Origin: an uncultured virus (IMG/VR IMGVR_UViG_3300032331_002637)
Taxonomy: Duplodnaviria; Heunggongvirae; Uroviricota; Caudoviricetes
Reading direction: 5' to 3' (one strand)
IMG/VR virus record: IMGVR_UViG_3300032331_002637
Coordinates: 1 to 64,000 of that record
Length of the DNA: 64,000 nt
Numbering within the stretch: position 1 is the first letter of the stretch; the number at the start of each line of letters is the position of its first letter. Below are positions 49,901 through 57,077 of this stretch, piece by piece. Position numbers and translations under genes: made by a program. Below the pieces are notes generated by a model that worked only from the letters and a program-made list of their open reading frames with translations, did not search any database and was not told the origin of the DNA.

Positions 49901-50758
49901 GTTGTTAAAATTCTTTCCACTGGTAAGCTGATATGGCTTAAAATGTGCGGAGGAGCATCAGGAGACACTTCTCATGATATAGAAAGTGATTCGGAAGAGA
50001 ATGTTTATATAACAGGATCTTATACATCTGGTTCTTATTTTTCTCCAGAGGAGATTGATTCAAGAGGTGGTACAGACATATACTTAACTAAATTTAATAA
50101 AGACGGAACTTTAGTAGATATAGTTACTGCTGGTGGAATTAATAATGATTCAGGTGCAGATCTTGTACTTGATGCAGAGGAGAATATTTATATAACCGGT
50201 TACTTTGAAGGCGAAGCGGAATTTTCACCTTATGTTGTTATGTCACCTCCCGGAGGTAGTCTTGATGCTTTCTTAGGTAAAATACCAAAGCAAAGATTTA
50301 ATCCTGGATATAAAATAGGAGCGGTTCAATCTTGGCTAGGATCTCATTCATGGTCTTGGAAAGAAGAAAAATTCTTCCAAGACGAATTTGAAATACCTTT
50401 AGCTACCACTATATTTATAAATCCTATTGATTCTTTAGTACCTGGTAAGAAAGATCATATATGGACTTTAACTGATACTGAAACGGGAGAAGTGATAGCT
50501 AAGATTAGAAAGACACCATATTTTATATGGACATTTGTAAATCCAGGATTCTATACAATCTCTTGTGAGTTACAGGATGCTAATGGTAATCTTTATCAAA
50601 CTGAACATAAAGGTAAGATTAGAGTTATAGATCATAAGGAACCAGCTGCTGGAGATTTAATTCCCGAGATAGTTAATACTGAAGATTATCTTCTGAGATC
50701 AATATATTATGATAGAAAAGAAATGGGGTTTCCGCCTTTGTCTAAATTTGAAATTTAA
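43994..50758 (+). CDS. 2254-aa baseplate wedge (gp7/tail-I-like) protein with beta-propeller domains
   Basis: GSYKSLFNAIKFFGY after gp6; Reg_prop-like repeats (NSNIPSDNIRDI, NSGIPSNSIYSIELD..KWLGT); SBBP-like repeats (DSEENVYITG, DAEENIYITGYF). Confidence 0.7.
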   Translation: MTTQNLLFFNKKGDQYNFQWNGNYWEGAVLFPIVSEKLFEVDNIFIIEKFLDLSSDIKYGYPHAELTSPGSPVWRTRWESDYDGTTDVSSTIYTYELGVDSVLDAPVLVKANSVEFYPELVPGDTISSPEGIVVTSDITSSSMQINIALNSDSEGIYDRTLIFEDYTDPNNPATILRVSFHGEVEGEDSRLAVMLGNFGREFTKSDAFIVRDGDIKEPLPDYEIINKKRKELLLEGESIFPYLGSYKSLFNAIKFFGYYDLRVKEYWLNIKTDTADTLTPLQQNNNILNQLAKPNMQGESSLELISSLLKDENQGKFKQVEVYGKRKDGTFGLKKQFEEIFPTKSYKKTSLFGLFYDINRVAEGQDEDQYGYPIVEDSFVFSPEEVLIKLFGLKERLKRDYLPLNARIVDITGEGVYFNIYKTRGWTDVLDVSEVKTGIQVDFSVFPKEGYIEDLRVFYTKPNQSGILYPAVNGTELGISYYGNTVDPYSYFQEYPISAIPLLKTAIDNYYQDIDNGEMPKFLGDGDYNPPGYKLFSDGSDYVLPAGCPVIIKNNTFNLSWDETGVSWRSLDTTITTTPLEVADYNSTTANNPGGQLQIANSTTSLILDPLLPNGININIGTGKDWFDTTLPETLFVRIESIDSPGNLYLGYVSAGDYNTVTGNLFVQVVYTRGTGTYANWNVTPTNIGFSAYTFEYYENFVQSGGFYSWDRLPYLDFYEIEWTIYKEDSRPYYFQIRGKLPELETLVHFLPYDGNYNVKCRVWDTLNSISLGIKRSVIKVNKRQIELNTLTRFRESEVYDWNNVPLKWESYPSQWIFPVENTNKILDISDFIQKYPEYSNNFSEGQTCEILTKLPEVKATSTFDISIIKINITNIVSPYNSGYSLAVVTTTTPHGYTTGDTVWIYDSVGAPYGQFPIIVTGTNTYEIPQIITTSITGGYSYGAGSIKVIVDSIVIADCNFMGDLNSTCSLIYSSINLSLVTPKCKVINLIDSNISGYKTFTIQAPNDSGDIFNGKSLILQTTGSIIATPTVTSFSGGLNQREEYLSYDFNTIPNSIIKYWGTKRLSWDTFEDFEFQKAYAHTWDMYDYHNDWLGGFDLYSLQYGDRVKVTDDSTGIVFGETDSPINSYLDLSEAADQLNDSIDDNIKRFDYIVRGFSELPNRFYPNGDPISPDLSTNPGPQNIRSTFYKIPEYSPVAFLPTGIAWDGDGDIWITGEDVVKFDGANYVTYNSANSVLPGIGLSTNCIKIDRNDVKWIGLENSLNPLVKIDDKDPTNSIAYSVSDFVDNGGNPVSPVIASSIHAIEINPQSGDIFAAFVCNASPSYDGLLFYDSYAKSWNLYTVLNSNIPSDNIRDIRLEYYGINKWYLWIATDTGLSKFNGVDFKNYDTTNSGIPSNSIYSIELDSLNHKWLGTADGLVYWDNIRWAVWNNATNPELSLGTFGNIVETGNANIWFTIDPSTSPGDTELYFFDGYFFTKVLYRNDGTTLINPCNIFHGKTLLSAPWKTIKNGETTYPKNLLLVTDLGELAKIDYVIPHIHATSKFPGTQGWDFVYHDTSTPLPAVQYIYNGGIGFSQLGFNFIIGNGGDNLTLNSDYTRPVMPNVDKYSWYKPIWQRYNIHKLKDQFPSLNLNDVFLYAPLRDIIEGKATKESYWRNSQIERIAQKKSRNLFENFEWIITLGNSQPDQGVKVTVDKEGDVIAIGDFQGTIFMGEVNNIGTQDVYLTSADSGVYISKYNKGGVLQWARSISTTSPQGPIYARSVITDANSNVYVASDNNLTGFIEIDKYNSSGLLLNTVNIPISPDQFLGDIKVDKYENIYICGGFQGTLNLGIHTLTSSQDVGFIAKMDSTLNFVWAKELDSTTYSRAYELTIMNESDIYITGLFQNDIDLGAISLTGVGIPDMFVGKFYSGDGACIWAESFAYDASTSFVSPSICLDPKGHILITGSFQGTMSIQNSKITSFPGYDDIFVVKILSTGKLIWLKMCGGASGDTSHDIESDSEENVYITGSYTSGSYFSPEEIDSRGGTDIYLTKFNKDGTLVDIVTAGGINNDSGADLVLDAEENIYITGYFEGEAEFSPYVVMSPPGGSLDAFLGKIPKQRFNPGYKIGAVQSWLGSHSWSWKEEKFFQDEFEIPLATTIFINPIDSLVPGKKDHIWTLTDTETGEVIAKIRKTPYFIWTFVNPGFYTISCELQDANGNLYQTEHKGKIRVIDHKEPAAGDLIPEIVNTEDYLLRSIYYDRKEMGFPPLSKFEI

Positions 50759-50766
50759 TAATTATT

Positions 50767-51039
50767 TCAATAACATTCATCTATTAATTTAGCCAATTTT
50801 ATATCTTTTTCTGTTATTATATCTCCCGCATCATGGGTTGATAACTTGAGAGATATTTTATTATAAACCCAATTAATTTCCGGATGATGGTTTTCCGCTT
50901 CGCATATTATTGAAATATCATTTATAAATTTTAAAGCCTGTTTAAAATCAGAAAAATTAAAATTTCTTTCCAGTTTATTATAAACTTCTTTCCAATCGGA
51001 ATTTGGTTGGAATTTTTTATATTTTTTTATGTGTATCAT
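50767..51039 (-). CDS. phhB: Pterin-4-alpha-carbinolamine dehydratase
   Basis: LERNFNFSDFKQALKFI, EAENHHPEI, LSTHDAG, ITEKDIKLAKLID. Confidence 0.93.
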   Translation of the reverse strand: MIHIKKYKKFQPNSDWKEVYNKLERNFNFSDFKQALKFINDISIICEAENHHPEINWVYNKISLKLSTHDAGDIITEKDIKLAKLIDECY

Positions 51040-51082
51040 TATTTTAAAAATAGTTATTTATACTATGTAATAGATTTATTCT

Positions 51083-53155
51083 CTAGTAATTTCTTGAATA
51101 CAGGAAAATAATATAATCTAATAGTGTTGGAAACTTTATTATATCCGAATTTCTCGCAGAAATAGAACCGCACTTTTCCACCAAATCATCTACTTTTTGA
51201 TCATCTGGAGCTTCTGCTAATGATTTTCCTGAATCTTTTCTACTAAATTTTGAATTCATTATAGATTTTTTTATCTCATCTAAATCAGTTAATTCAGTAA
51301 ATGATTCCAATTTTGATAAGATACCCGGACTTGATGATTCTAATTCCCAAACCATATTTCTCATCCTTGAATAATAATTCTTTAATTCTTCGTAAGTTTT
51401 ATTAATATTGCCTAATCTTTCATATTCTGATATTAACTCTTTAAAAGGAACTATTCTAATATCACACACAGATCTATCAAATACAACTACTTCACTTCGT
51501 AAAGCACTTTCAATATATTCTTCTTTTGTTAAAGCAACTTCCCTCGAAACCATTGGTAAATTGACAGGAACTTCCCCATCAGGAGTATTCATATACCATT
51601 TATTAGCCATACCTTTTATACCATAAGGTGTGTATAATCTATTCTCATCTTTTAAACCACCTTGACTTCCACTATCAGATCCACCTGGATTATCATCAAC
51701 CATTTTTACTCCTGGTTTAATTGATAGTTCATATACTCTTTTTGTTATTCTTATAGATATTAATCCGCCTTCTCTTGTACCAAGAATAGTGGGCCAGTTG
51801 TTTGCCCCGGTCATTAATTTAGCAGCATACATACCACCTTGTTCTCTGAAAAGAAAGTCTAAGTCAGTAGGTGATATTTTACCACCATGATATACTTTAC
51901 CACATCCTTCTTCAAGTTTATATACTTCAGAGCCTCCAACATAATCTTCTGATGTAGTAAATCTTTCAGAATAATATTTATCGACATTAGAGTTATAGAA
52001 GTCAAAGAATTCTTTAATAGTCATATCTCCATAGATATTAAGAATATAGTTAATTAGATTAAGAAGACTTTCATTCATACTTGTTTGTAGTTCTTCACCT
52101 TTTGATCTTATCTTTGAAAGTTCTGATTCACTATAATAATACTTAAATATATCTTTAAGAGTATTTAGTTTATCTATAAATTTTTGAGAACTTTGTCTTT
52201 CTGAATTAATCTGATTAGACCAACTAACTACCCTTTCTAATTCTGATTTAAGTAATTTAAGATTTTCTAACTCTGATATTCTTTTACTAAAGTCTATTTT
52301 TTGGATGTAATCTTTACCAAGAGTATCTTCAAATGATTTTGGGTTTTCTTTCCCATAGTCATTTGGCTTATAAGGCTTACCTTGGAAAGCTATAAATGAT
52401 TTCATTAACTTAGCTATATTATTAGATGAAGGACCAACTGAACCCCTTTCATCTATATTAAACTCCGTCACCGGTTTACTATCTCTACCAATTTTCATAT
52501 ATGAAAAAATATCATCATAATACTTTAATAAATTAGTATCTGGTTCTTTAATTTCTTTATCTTCTTCTTTGAATGTGGCTTTTTGAAACTCTTCTTTGTT
52601 TACTACTTTAGATAGTGCTTTTAATAATGTACTTTTGGCTATATTACCTTTTGATGATTCAATTCTAGATTTAATATCTCTTATATCACTTTCATCAAAT
52701 TTCATATAAGCATTAAACTCACTATCTGTGATATCTTCTACTTTGGAAAAGTCAGGATTTCCTTTTATGTAATCCATTAACATTTGAATAAGATCACCTC
52801 TTGATTGTGATTTACTCTTTTTAATATACTCAAGTGAATCTGCCAATTCTTTTTTCCATTCACCAGTCTCTATAATTTTAGTAAAGTTATCTATGACTTC
52901 TTTTACTAATTCATCATCACTTTCTTCTAAGGTGTATGGAAGATCTGTTATTTTTGGAGGTGTGATGGAGTCTTTGAATAATTCAATTTGTCTTGTAACT
53001 GATTCTATTCTATCTTTGGTCTTACCAGTAACGTTTCTCAAGAACTTGTCAAAGAACCCCTCTTTAATATGTCTTAATTCTCTAAACTGATTACCAAAAA
53101 TTCCTTCGCTAACATTACTATTAATAAAATCATTAAAACTTTTTATTCTTCTCAT
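51083..53155 (-). CDS. 690-aa putative head-packaged protein with candidate H-Y-E ADP-ribosyltransferase domain
   Basis: N-terminus MRRIKSFNDFINS; C-terminal half VYHGG...GGMYAA...VYELSI...YGIKG...SEVVVFD. Confidence 0.55.
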   Translation of the reverse strand: MRRIKSFNDFINSNVSEGIFGNQFRELRHIKEGFFDKFLRNVTGKTKDRIESVTRQIELFKDSITPPKITDLPYTLEESDDELVKEVIDNFTKIIETGEWKKELADSLEYIKKSKSQSRGDLIQMLMDYIKGNPDFSKVEDITDSEFNAYMKFDESDIRDIKSRIESSKGNIAKSTLLKALSKVVNKEEFQKATFKEEDKEIKEPDTNLLKYYDDIFSYMKIGRDSKPVTEFNIDERGSVGPSSNNIAKLMKSFIAFQGKPYKPNDYGKENPKSFEDTLGKDYIQKIDFSKRISELENLKLLKSELERVVSWSNQINSERQSSQKFIDKLNTLKDIFKYYYSESELSKIRSKGEELQTSMNESLLNLINYILNIYGDMTIKEFFDFYNSNVDKYYSERFTTSEDYVGGSEVYKLEEGCGKVYHGGKISPTDLDFLFREQGGMYAAKLMTGANNWPTILGTREGGLISIRITKRVYELSIKPGVKMVDDNPGGSDSGSQGGLKDENRLYTPYGIKGMANKWYMNTPDGEVPVNLPMVSREVALTKEEYIESALRSEVVVFDRSVCDIRIVPFKELISEYERLGNINKTYEELKNYYSRMRNMVWELESSSPGILSKLESFTELTDLDEIKKSIMNSKFSRKDSGKSLAEAPDDQKVDDLVEKCGSISARNSDIIKFPTLLDYIIFLYSRNY

Positions 53156-53164
53156 CTAAAATAA

Positions 53165-53839
53165 TTATAAAGTGTATTCCCTATAAACCTCTAGCATTGC
53201 AGGAACAATAGGGTGTCTATGGTTTTTCTTGAGAGTTATTACATTAACTCCTTCAACTCTTGCAGCAAGGGTATTCATAAAGTCAAGCCCTGAGTCTTTT
53301 TTATTTTTTAAATCTATTTGTGATGTGTCTCCACATATTATCATTTTAGAGCCAATACCAAGTCTTCCTAGTACCATTTCCATTTGACTCATTGTTACGT
53401 TTTGTGCTTCATCTACTATTACACAAGCATTAACTAGAGTTCTACCTCTCATAAAAGGAAATGGTAGGATTTCAATAATTCCTTCACTAAGTAATTTTTC
53501 AATTTTTGTCTTGTCGTAGACCATTTCTAAATTGGCGTAGATAGGAGCTAACCAAGGATCCATTTTTTCTTTTAAATCTCCCGGAAGAAATCCTATATCT
53601 TCTTTTGCTACTGTGGGTCTAGTAATAACTAGCTTTTCAATCTCCCTATTAAATAGCATATCTAAAGCTATTTGCACTGCTAGAAGTGTTTTACCTGATC
53701 CTGCTGCTCCCTTAAGAACACTAACTGGATTCTCAAGTATAATAGCTTTAGCTTCTTTTTGCTCTTCGTTTAGATTAATTTTAAATTTAATAGGATTTTT
53801 AGGTTTCCTTTTTTGAGTCCAATTGCTTCCTGTAGTCAT
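53165..53839 (-). CDS. phoH: PhoH-like ATPase (start probably 53839)
   Basis: GAAGSGKT, ITRPTV, IGFLPGDLKEKMDPW, FMRGRT, DEAQN, GDTSQIDL, RHPIV. Confidence 0.95.
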   Translation of the reverse strand: MTTGSNWTQKRKPKNPIKFKINLNEEQKEAKAIILENPVSVLKGAAGSGKTLLAVQIALDMLFNREIEKLVITRPTVAKEDIGFLPGDLKEKMDPWLAPIYANLEMVYDKTKIEKLLSEGIIEILPFPFMRGRTLVNACVIVDEAQNVTMSQMEMVLGRLGIGSKMIICGDTSQIDLKNKKDSGLDFMNTLAARVEGVNVITLKKNHRHPIVPAMLEVYREYTL

Positions 53840-53857
53840 AGATTTTTTATTTTTTTT

Positions 53858-53880
53858 AAGAAACATATTCTATGTTTCTT
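53858..53880. promoter_or_regulatory. Perfect 10-bp hairpin upstream of phoH
   Basis: AAGAAACATA-TTC-TATGTTTCTT. Confidence 0.45.
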
Positions 53881-53923
53881 TCTTTAATGATTGTCCTGTC
53901 TTTTTCTATTGTAAGTAATACAG

Positions 53924-53931
53924 GATATATA
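53924..53931 (+). promoter_or_regulatory. GATATATA putative late promoter
   Basis: Same motif as before other virion operons; 19 nt before ATG 53951. Confidence 0.55.
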
Positions 53932-53950
53932 TCAAAAAAAGGAAAATCAA

Positions 53951-54874
53951 ATGGCAATCACAATTACTGAAATTCTTGGAACCGATTCAATTTCAGGTTC
54001 TAGATTAACTATCAATGCTAACTTTTTGTTGCTTGAGAATGCTTATAACGATTTAGAAAACACATTTAATATAAACGTGTTGACTGGATCACTTGACGTA
54101 TCTAGCGCAACAAATGGACAAATTAAAGCAAAATCATTACTGGCTAACAGTTTAGTTATGCCTGCTTCTGGCTCACCTACTATACAATTGTATGGAACGG
54201 GTGCTAGTGGAGGTTACATTATAGCTTCTAGCACAGTTGTAGGAGCTACCGGTATATTCTCTAATGTTCTACAATCAAACACTTTATCTGCTTCGGGAAC
54301 AGCTACATTTGGAGCTACTGCAACATTTAATAGTGTGCTAAATGTGGAAGGAAGAATGAGCATCGGAGCATCCGGTAATTTTGTTAACACTAACAGAAAA
54401 GCCACTGTGGGTTCTTCTACTGCTTTTCCTAATACACCAGGAGCAGGTGTTACTGGAACTTACTCAACCCCTTACCAATTAACTTTAACGGAAAATGTTA
54501 TTTATATACAATCAAATTATGTTTCGAGTGCGCCAGCTGATGCTGGATTTACTACAGGATTTTTCTTTTACGCTACAACAGGCGCTGGAGCAACTGCTTC
54601 TGATATTCCTGCAGGTTATACTGTAACATTAGTCGACACAGCAACTTCCGCAGGAAAAATTGCTACTGGAGTTACTGGGGGTACTTCTCCTTATTATACT
54701 GGATTTTCAACTGGTGGAAGTGAAGGTGATTACACGGATCCTTTTATACAAACATCGGGAAATCCTTATAAAACATCATTAACTATTATGTGGGAGCCAA
54801 GAATAGGTCAATCAGGAGCTTCACAAAAAGGATCTTGGGTGGTTGTTAACTCTACATCTGGATTTACATTCTAA
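53951..54874 (+). CDS. Gly/Ser/Thr/Ala-rich putative virion fibre-like protein
   Basis: GTDSISGSRLTINANFLLLE N-terminus typical of fibre anchors; GAT/GAS/GVTG motifs. Confidence 0.6.
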   Translation: MAITITEILGTDSISGSRLTINANFLLLENAYNDLENTFNINVLTGSLDVSSATNGQIKAKSLLANSLVMPASGSPTIQLYGTGASGGYIIASSTVVGATGIFSNVLQSNTLSASGTATFGATATFNSVLNVEGRMSIGASGNFVNTNRKATVGSSTAFPNTPGAGVTGTYSTPYQLTLTENVIYIQSNYVSSAPADAGFTTGFFFYATTGAGATASDIPAGYTVTLVDTATSAGKIATGVTGGTSPYYTGFSTGGSEGDYTDPFIQTSGNPYKTSLTIMWEPRIGQSGASQKGSWVVVNSTSGFTF

Positions 54875-54890
54875 TTAAGAAAAATAATCA

Positions 54891-57071
54891 ATGGCAAAAA
54901 CACCTTATATAAGACCGATAGCAGTTCAGGGGGGTACATTTTATACCTTCTCTTCTGCTGCAGAAGATCTCACATTAACATTTAATAATTCATTAAAGAA
55001 ATTTAGTTTTTCTAAGTATGCTCTTTTGAAGATTCCTGAAATGGGATCTCCGACATATAAAGAAAACACTTTGCAATTTAATGCCATTGATACAACTTTT
55101 CTTGATGCAGCTTCTGGTAATTTCGTGTTAACAAACCCTAATAATCTTAGTCCTTCTCCTGAAATTTCATTTCAGAATTATTGTTTAAATTTAGAATCTA
55201 CTGTTATCTCGGATCCTAATTACAATGCAGAATTAAAAAGAAACGTTTCTGAAAGAATTTTTTGGAAATGGATAAAAGAATTAGGGGGTATTAGATACAG
55301 ATCAGCAAATACAAATGAGGTAGTAGCTTCTTTAAACCAGACTACAACCACAACGGTTAATGGGTTTCCTTACTCAGATAAAAGATGGGTAGAAGAAGAC
55401 ACATTATTAACTGGCAATGGTACACCAACTCCTAGATATGAAAGAATAGTACAATATATTGGCGATATTGATGTGGTAAACTCTGTACAAAATACGGATA
55501 ATGCTTATTCGGAGGTTTATATTCATGTGCCAACAGGAGACGGAGGAACACCATATGTTCTATTTAAAACTGTTGCTGATGAGAATTATTATCCCGATAG
55601 AACATTTACACATTTACCTCCAGATCCTTTAGACACTGAATATCTTCAAGGAAGAGATTCGGCTTCAGGTTTATATGGCCCTAACGGATTACCTAAATTG
55701 GCTATATTCGATCAAGACGTTTTAGGAGAACCTGGTGTCACTGGAATATCTGCAACTGGTACATTTTTAAGTAATTGGTATTCACCTAGAGATGAGGCTA
55801 ATTCTTATTTTACTGATCCTAGTTTCTTTGACAATAGCAATTATACATTGGAAAAATATGTATCTACTGCACCTGCTGGATATAGTGTAAATTATAAAAG
55901 AAGTAACCTAGATGGAGTACAAATTGATTTTGAACCATCGTCTTATAAAGCCATTCAAAATTATGTAGGGATTTCTACAATAGAAGAATGGAACGGAACT
56001 CCCACTACAACTTCTTTTGAATTTAATGCAGTTCTTGTTTATTATGATGTTTACGATCCTAATAACCCAACAGATTCAGAAACAAATCTTTATGGTATTT
56101 TATTCTTAAATGATCCTGAGCCTGTTTCTATTAATGCAGCTAAATTCCCCAATTTCAAGAAATTTAAGCCGGATCCTATTACTAAATTAAATGGTAATTC
56201 TTACGGATTCAAAATAAATCTTAAGTTTGATACTGATGTGGAAAGCACAGGAGTAGAGCAAGCAATAAACGATTATTCTTCATTCTCGCTTTCTATCTTT
56301 ATGGATGCAGCTACTGTTTTACAGGATGCAGCTAAGAATCTTAATGATAGAACATTAGAGATAATGGGAATGCAGGATCAAATTACTGCATTGACAGATC
56401 TTATTATTAATACAGACGATAGCACAGATATAAAATTAAGATTAGATACAGTTGAAAAATCATTACAAGCAAATCAAGCTCTTTTTGATAACACTCAAGA
56501 TATCTTAAGTTTAATTGAAAGAAATAGCGATACTATACAAAATATATTACAGAATCAGACATCTATAAACATGACTTATAACCTTGACCTTCTAAAAGAT
56601 GGTGATGGTACTTTTGTCGATAGATCAACTCCTAATATATTAAAAGTTGATGTTACACAGCAAGATTATAATATAGGAACTAATTCTTTATTTACTGTTA
56701 ATCCTGTTGCTGGTAACACAGTATCACTTCAACTTTACACTAATTACCTTAAGCATAAAAATAATGGATTATCTATAACAGCAAATAATGATATTGTTAT
56801 TAAGATAGATGATACCACAAACAAATGGCAAAAGGGACAAGTTCTAAGATTAGTAATAGGTGATGATATAGATTTGGGTATTTATTCTTTGGTTATTTTA
56901 ACTGATTCTTTAGGGGAATATCCCAAAGGAACTCCTTCAGGAGTACCTTATTCTAGTGTAGTTGCAGGATTTATAAATATTCAATTTCAAAATGCTTCTT
57001 ACAAACCTATCTTTGATATTGTTTGTGTAGATGATAAAAATCTAATATTTGAAGTAGACCAAATAAAATAA
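54891..57071 (+). CDS. Putative virion structural protein
   Basis: 726-aa ORF in the late operon; coiled-coil-like segment near aa 480-560. Confidence 0.6.
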   Translation: MAKTPYIRPIAVQGGTFYTFSSAAEDLTLTFNNSLKKFSFSKYALLKIPEMGSPTYKENTLQFNAIDTTFLDAASGNFVLTNPNNLSPSPEISFQNYCLNLESTVISDPNYNAELKRNVSERIFWKWIKELGGIRYRSANTNEVVASLNQTTTTTVNGFPYSDKRWVEEDTLLTGNGTPTPRYERIVQYIGDIDVVNSVQNTDNAYSEVYIHVPTGDGGTPYVLFKTVADENYYPDRTFTHLPPDPLDTEYLQGRDSASGLYGPNGLPKLAIFDQDVLGEPGVTGISATGTFLSNWYSPRDEANSYFTDPSFFDNSNYTLEKYVSTAPAGYSVNYKRSNLDGVQIDFEPSSYKAIQNYVGISTIEEWNGTPTTTSFEFNAVLVYYDVYDPNNPTDSETNLYGILFLNDPEPVSINAAKFPNFKKFKPDPITKLNGNSYGFKINLKFDTDVESTGVEQAINDYSSFSLSIFMDAATVLQDAAKNLNDRTLEIMGMQDQITALTDLIINTDDSTDIKLRLDTVEKSLQANQALFDNTQDILSLIERNSDTIQNILQNQTSINMTYNLDLLKDGDGTFVDRSTPNILKVDVTQQDYNIGTNSLFTVNPVAGNTVSLQLYTNYLKHKNNGLSITANNDIVIKIDDTTNKWQKGQVLRLVIGDDIDLGIYSLVILTDSLGEYPKGTPSGVPYSSVVAGFINIQFQNASYKPIFDIVCVDDKNLIFEVDQIK

Positions 57072-57077
57072 GATAAA

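Noticed and set aside
25006..50758. T6SS or extracellular contractile injection system
   Set aside because: A gp13-like neck gene, capsid-tag-like proteins and PhoH, with no T6SS membrane complex or eCIS ATPase, favour a tailed phage
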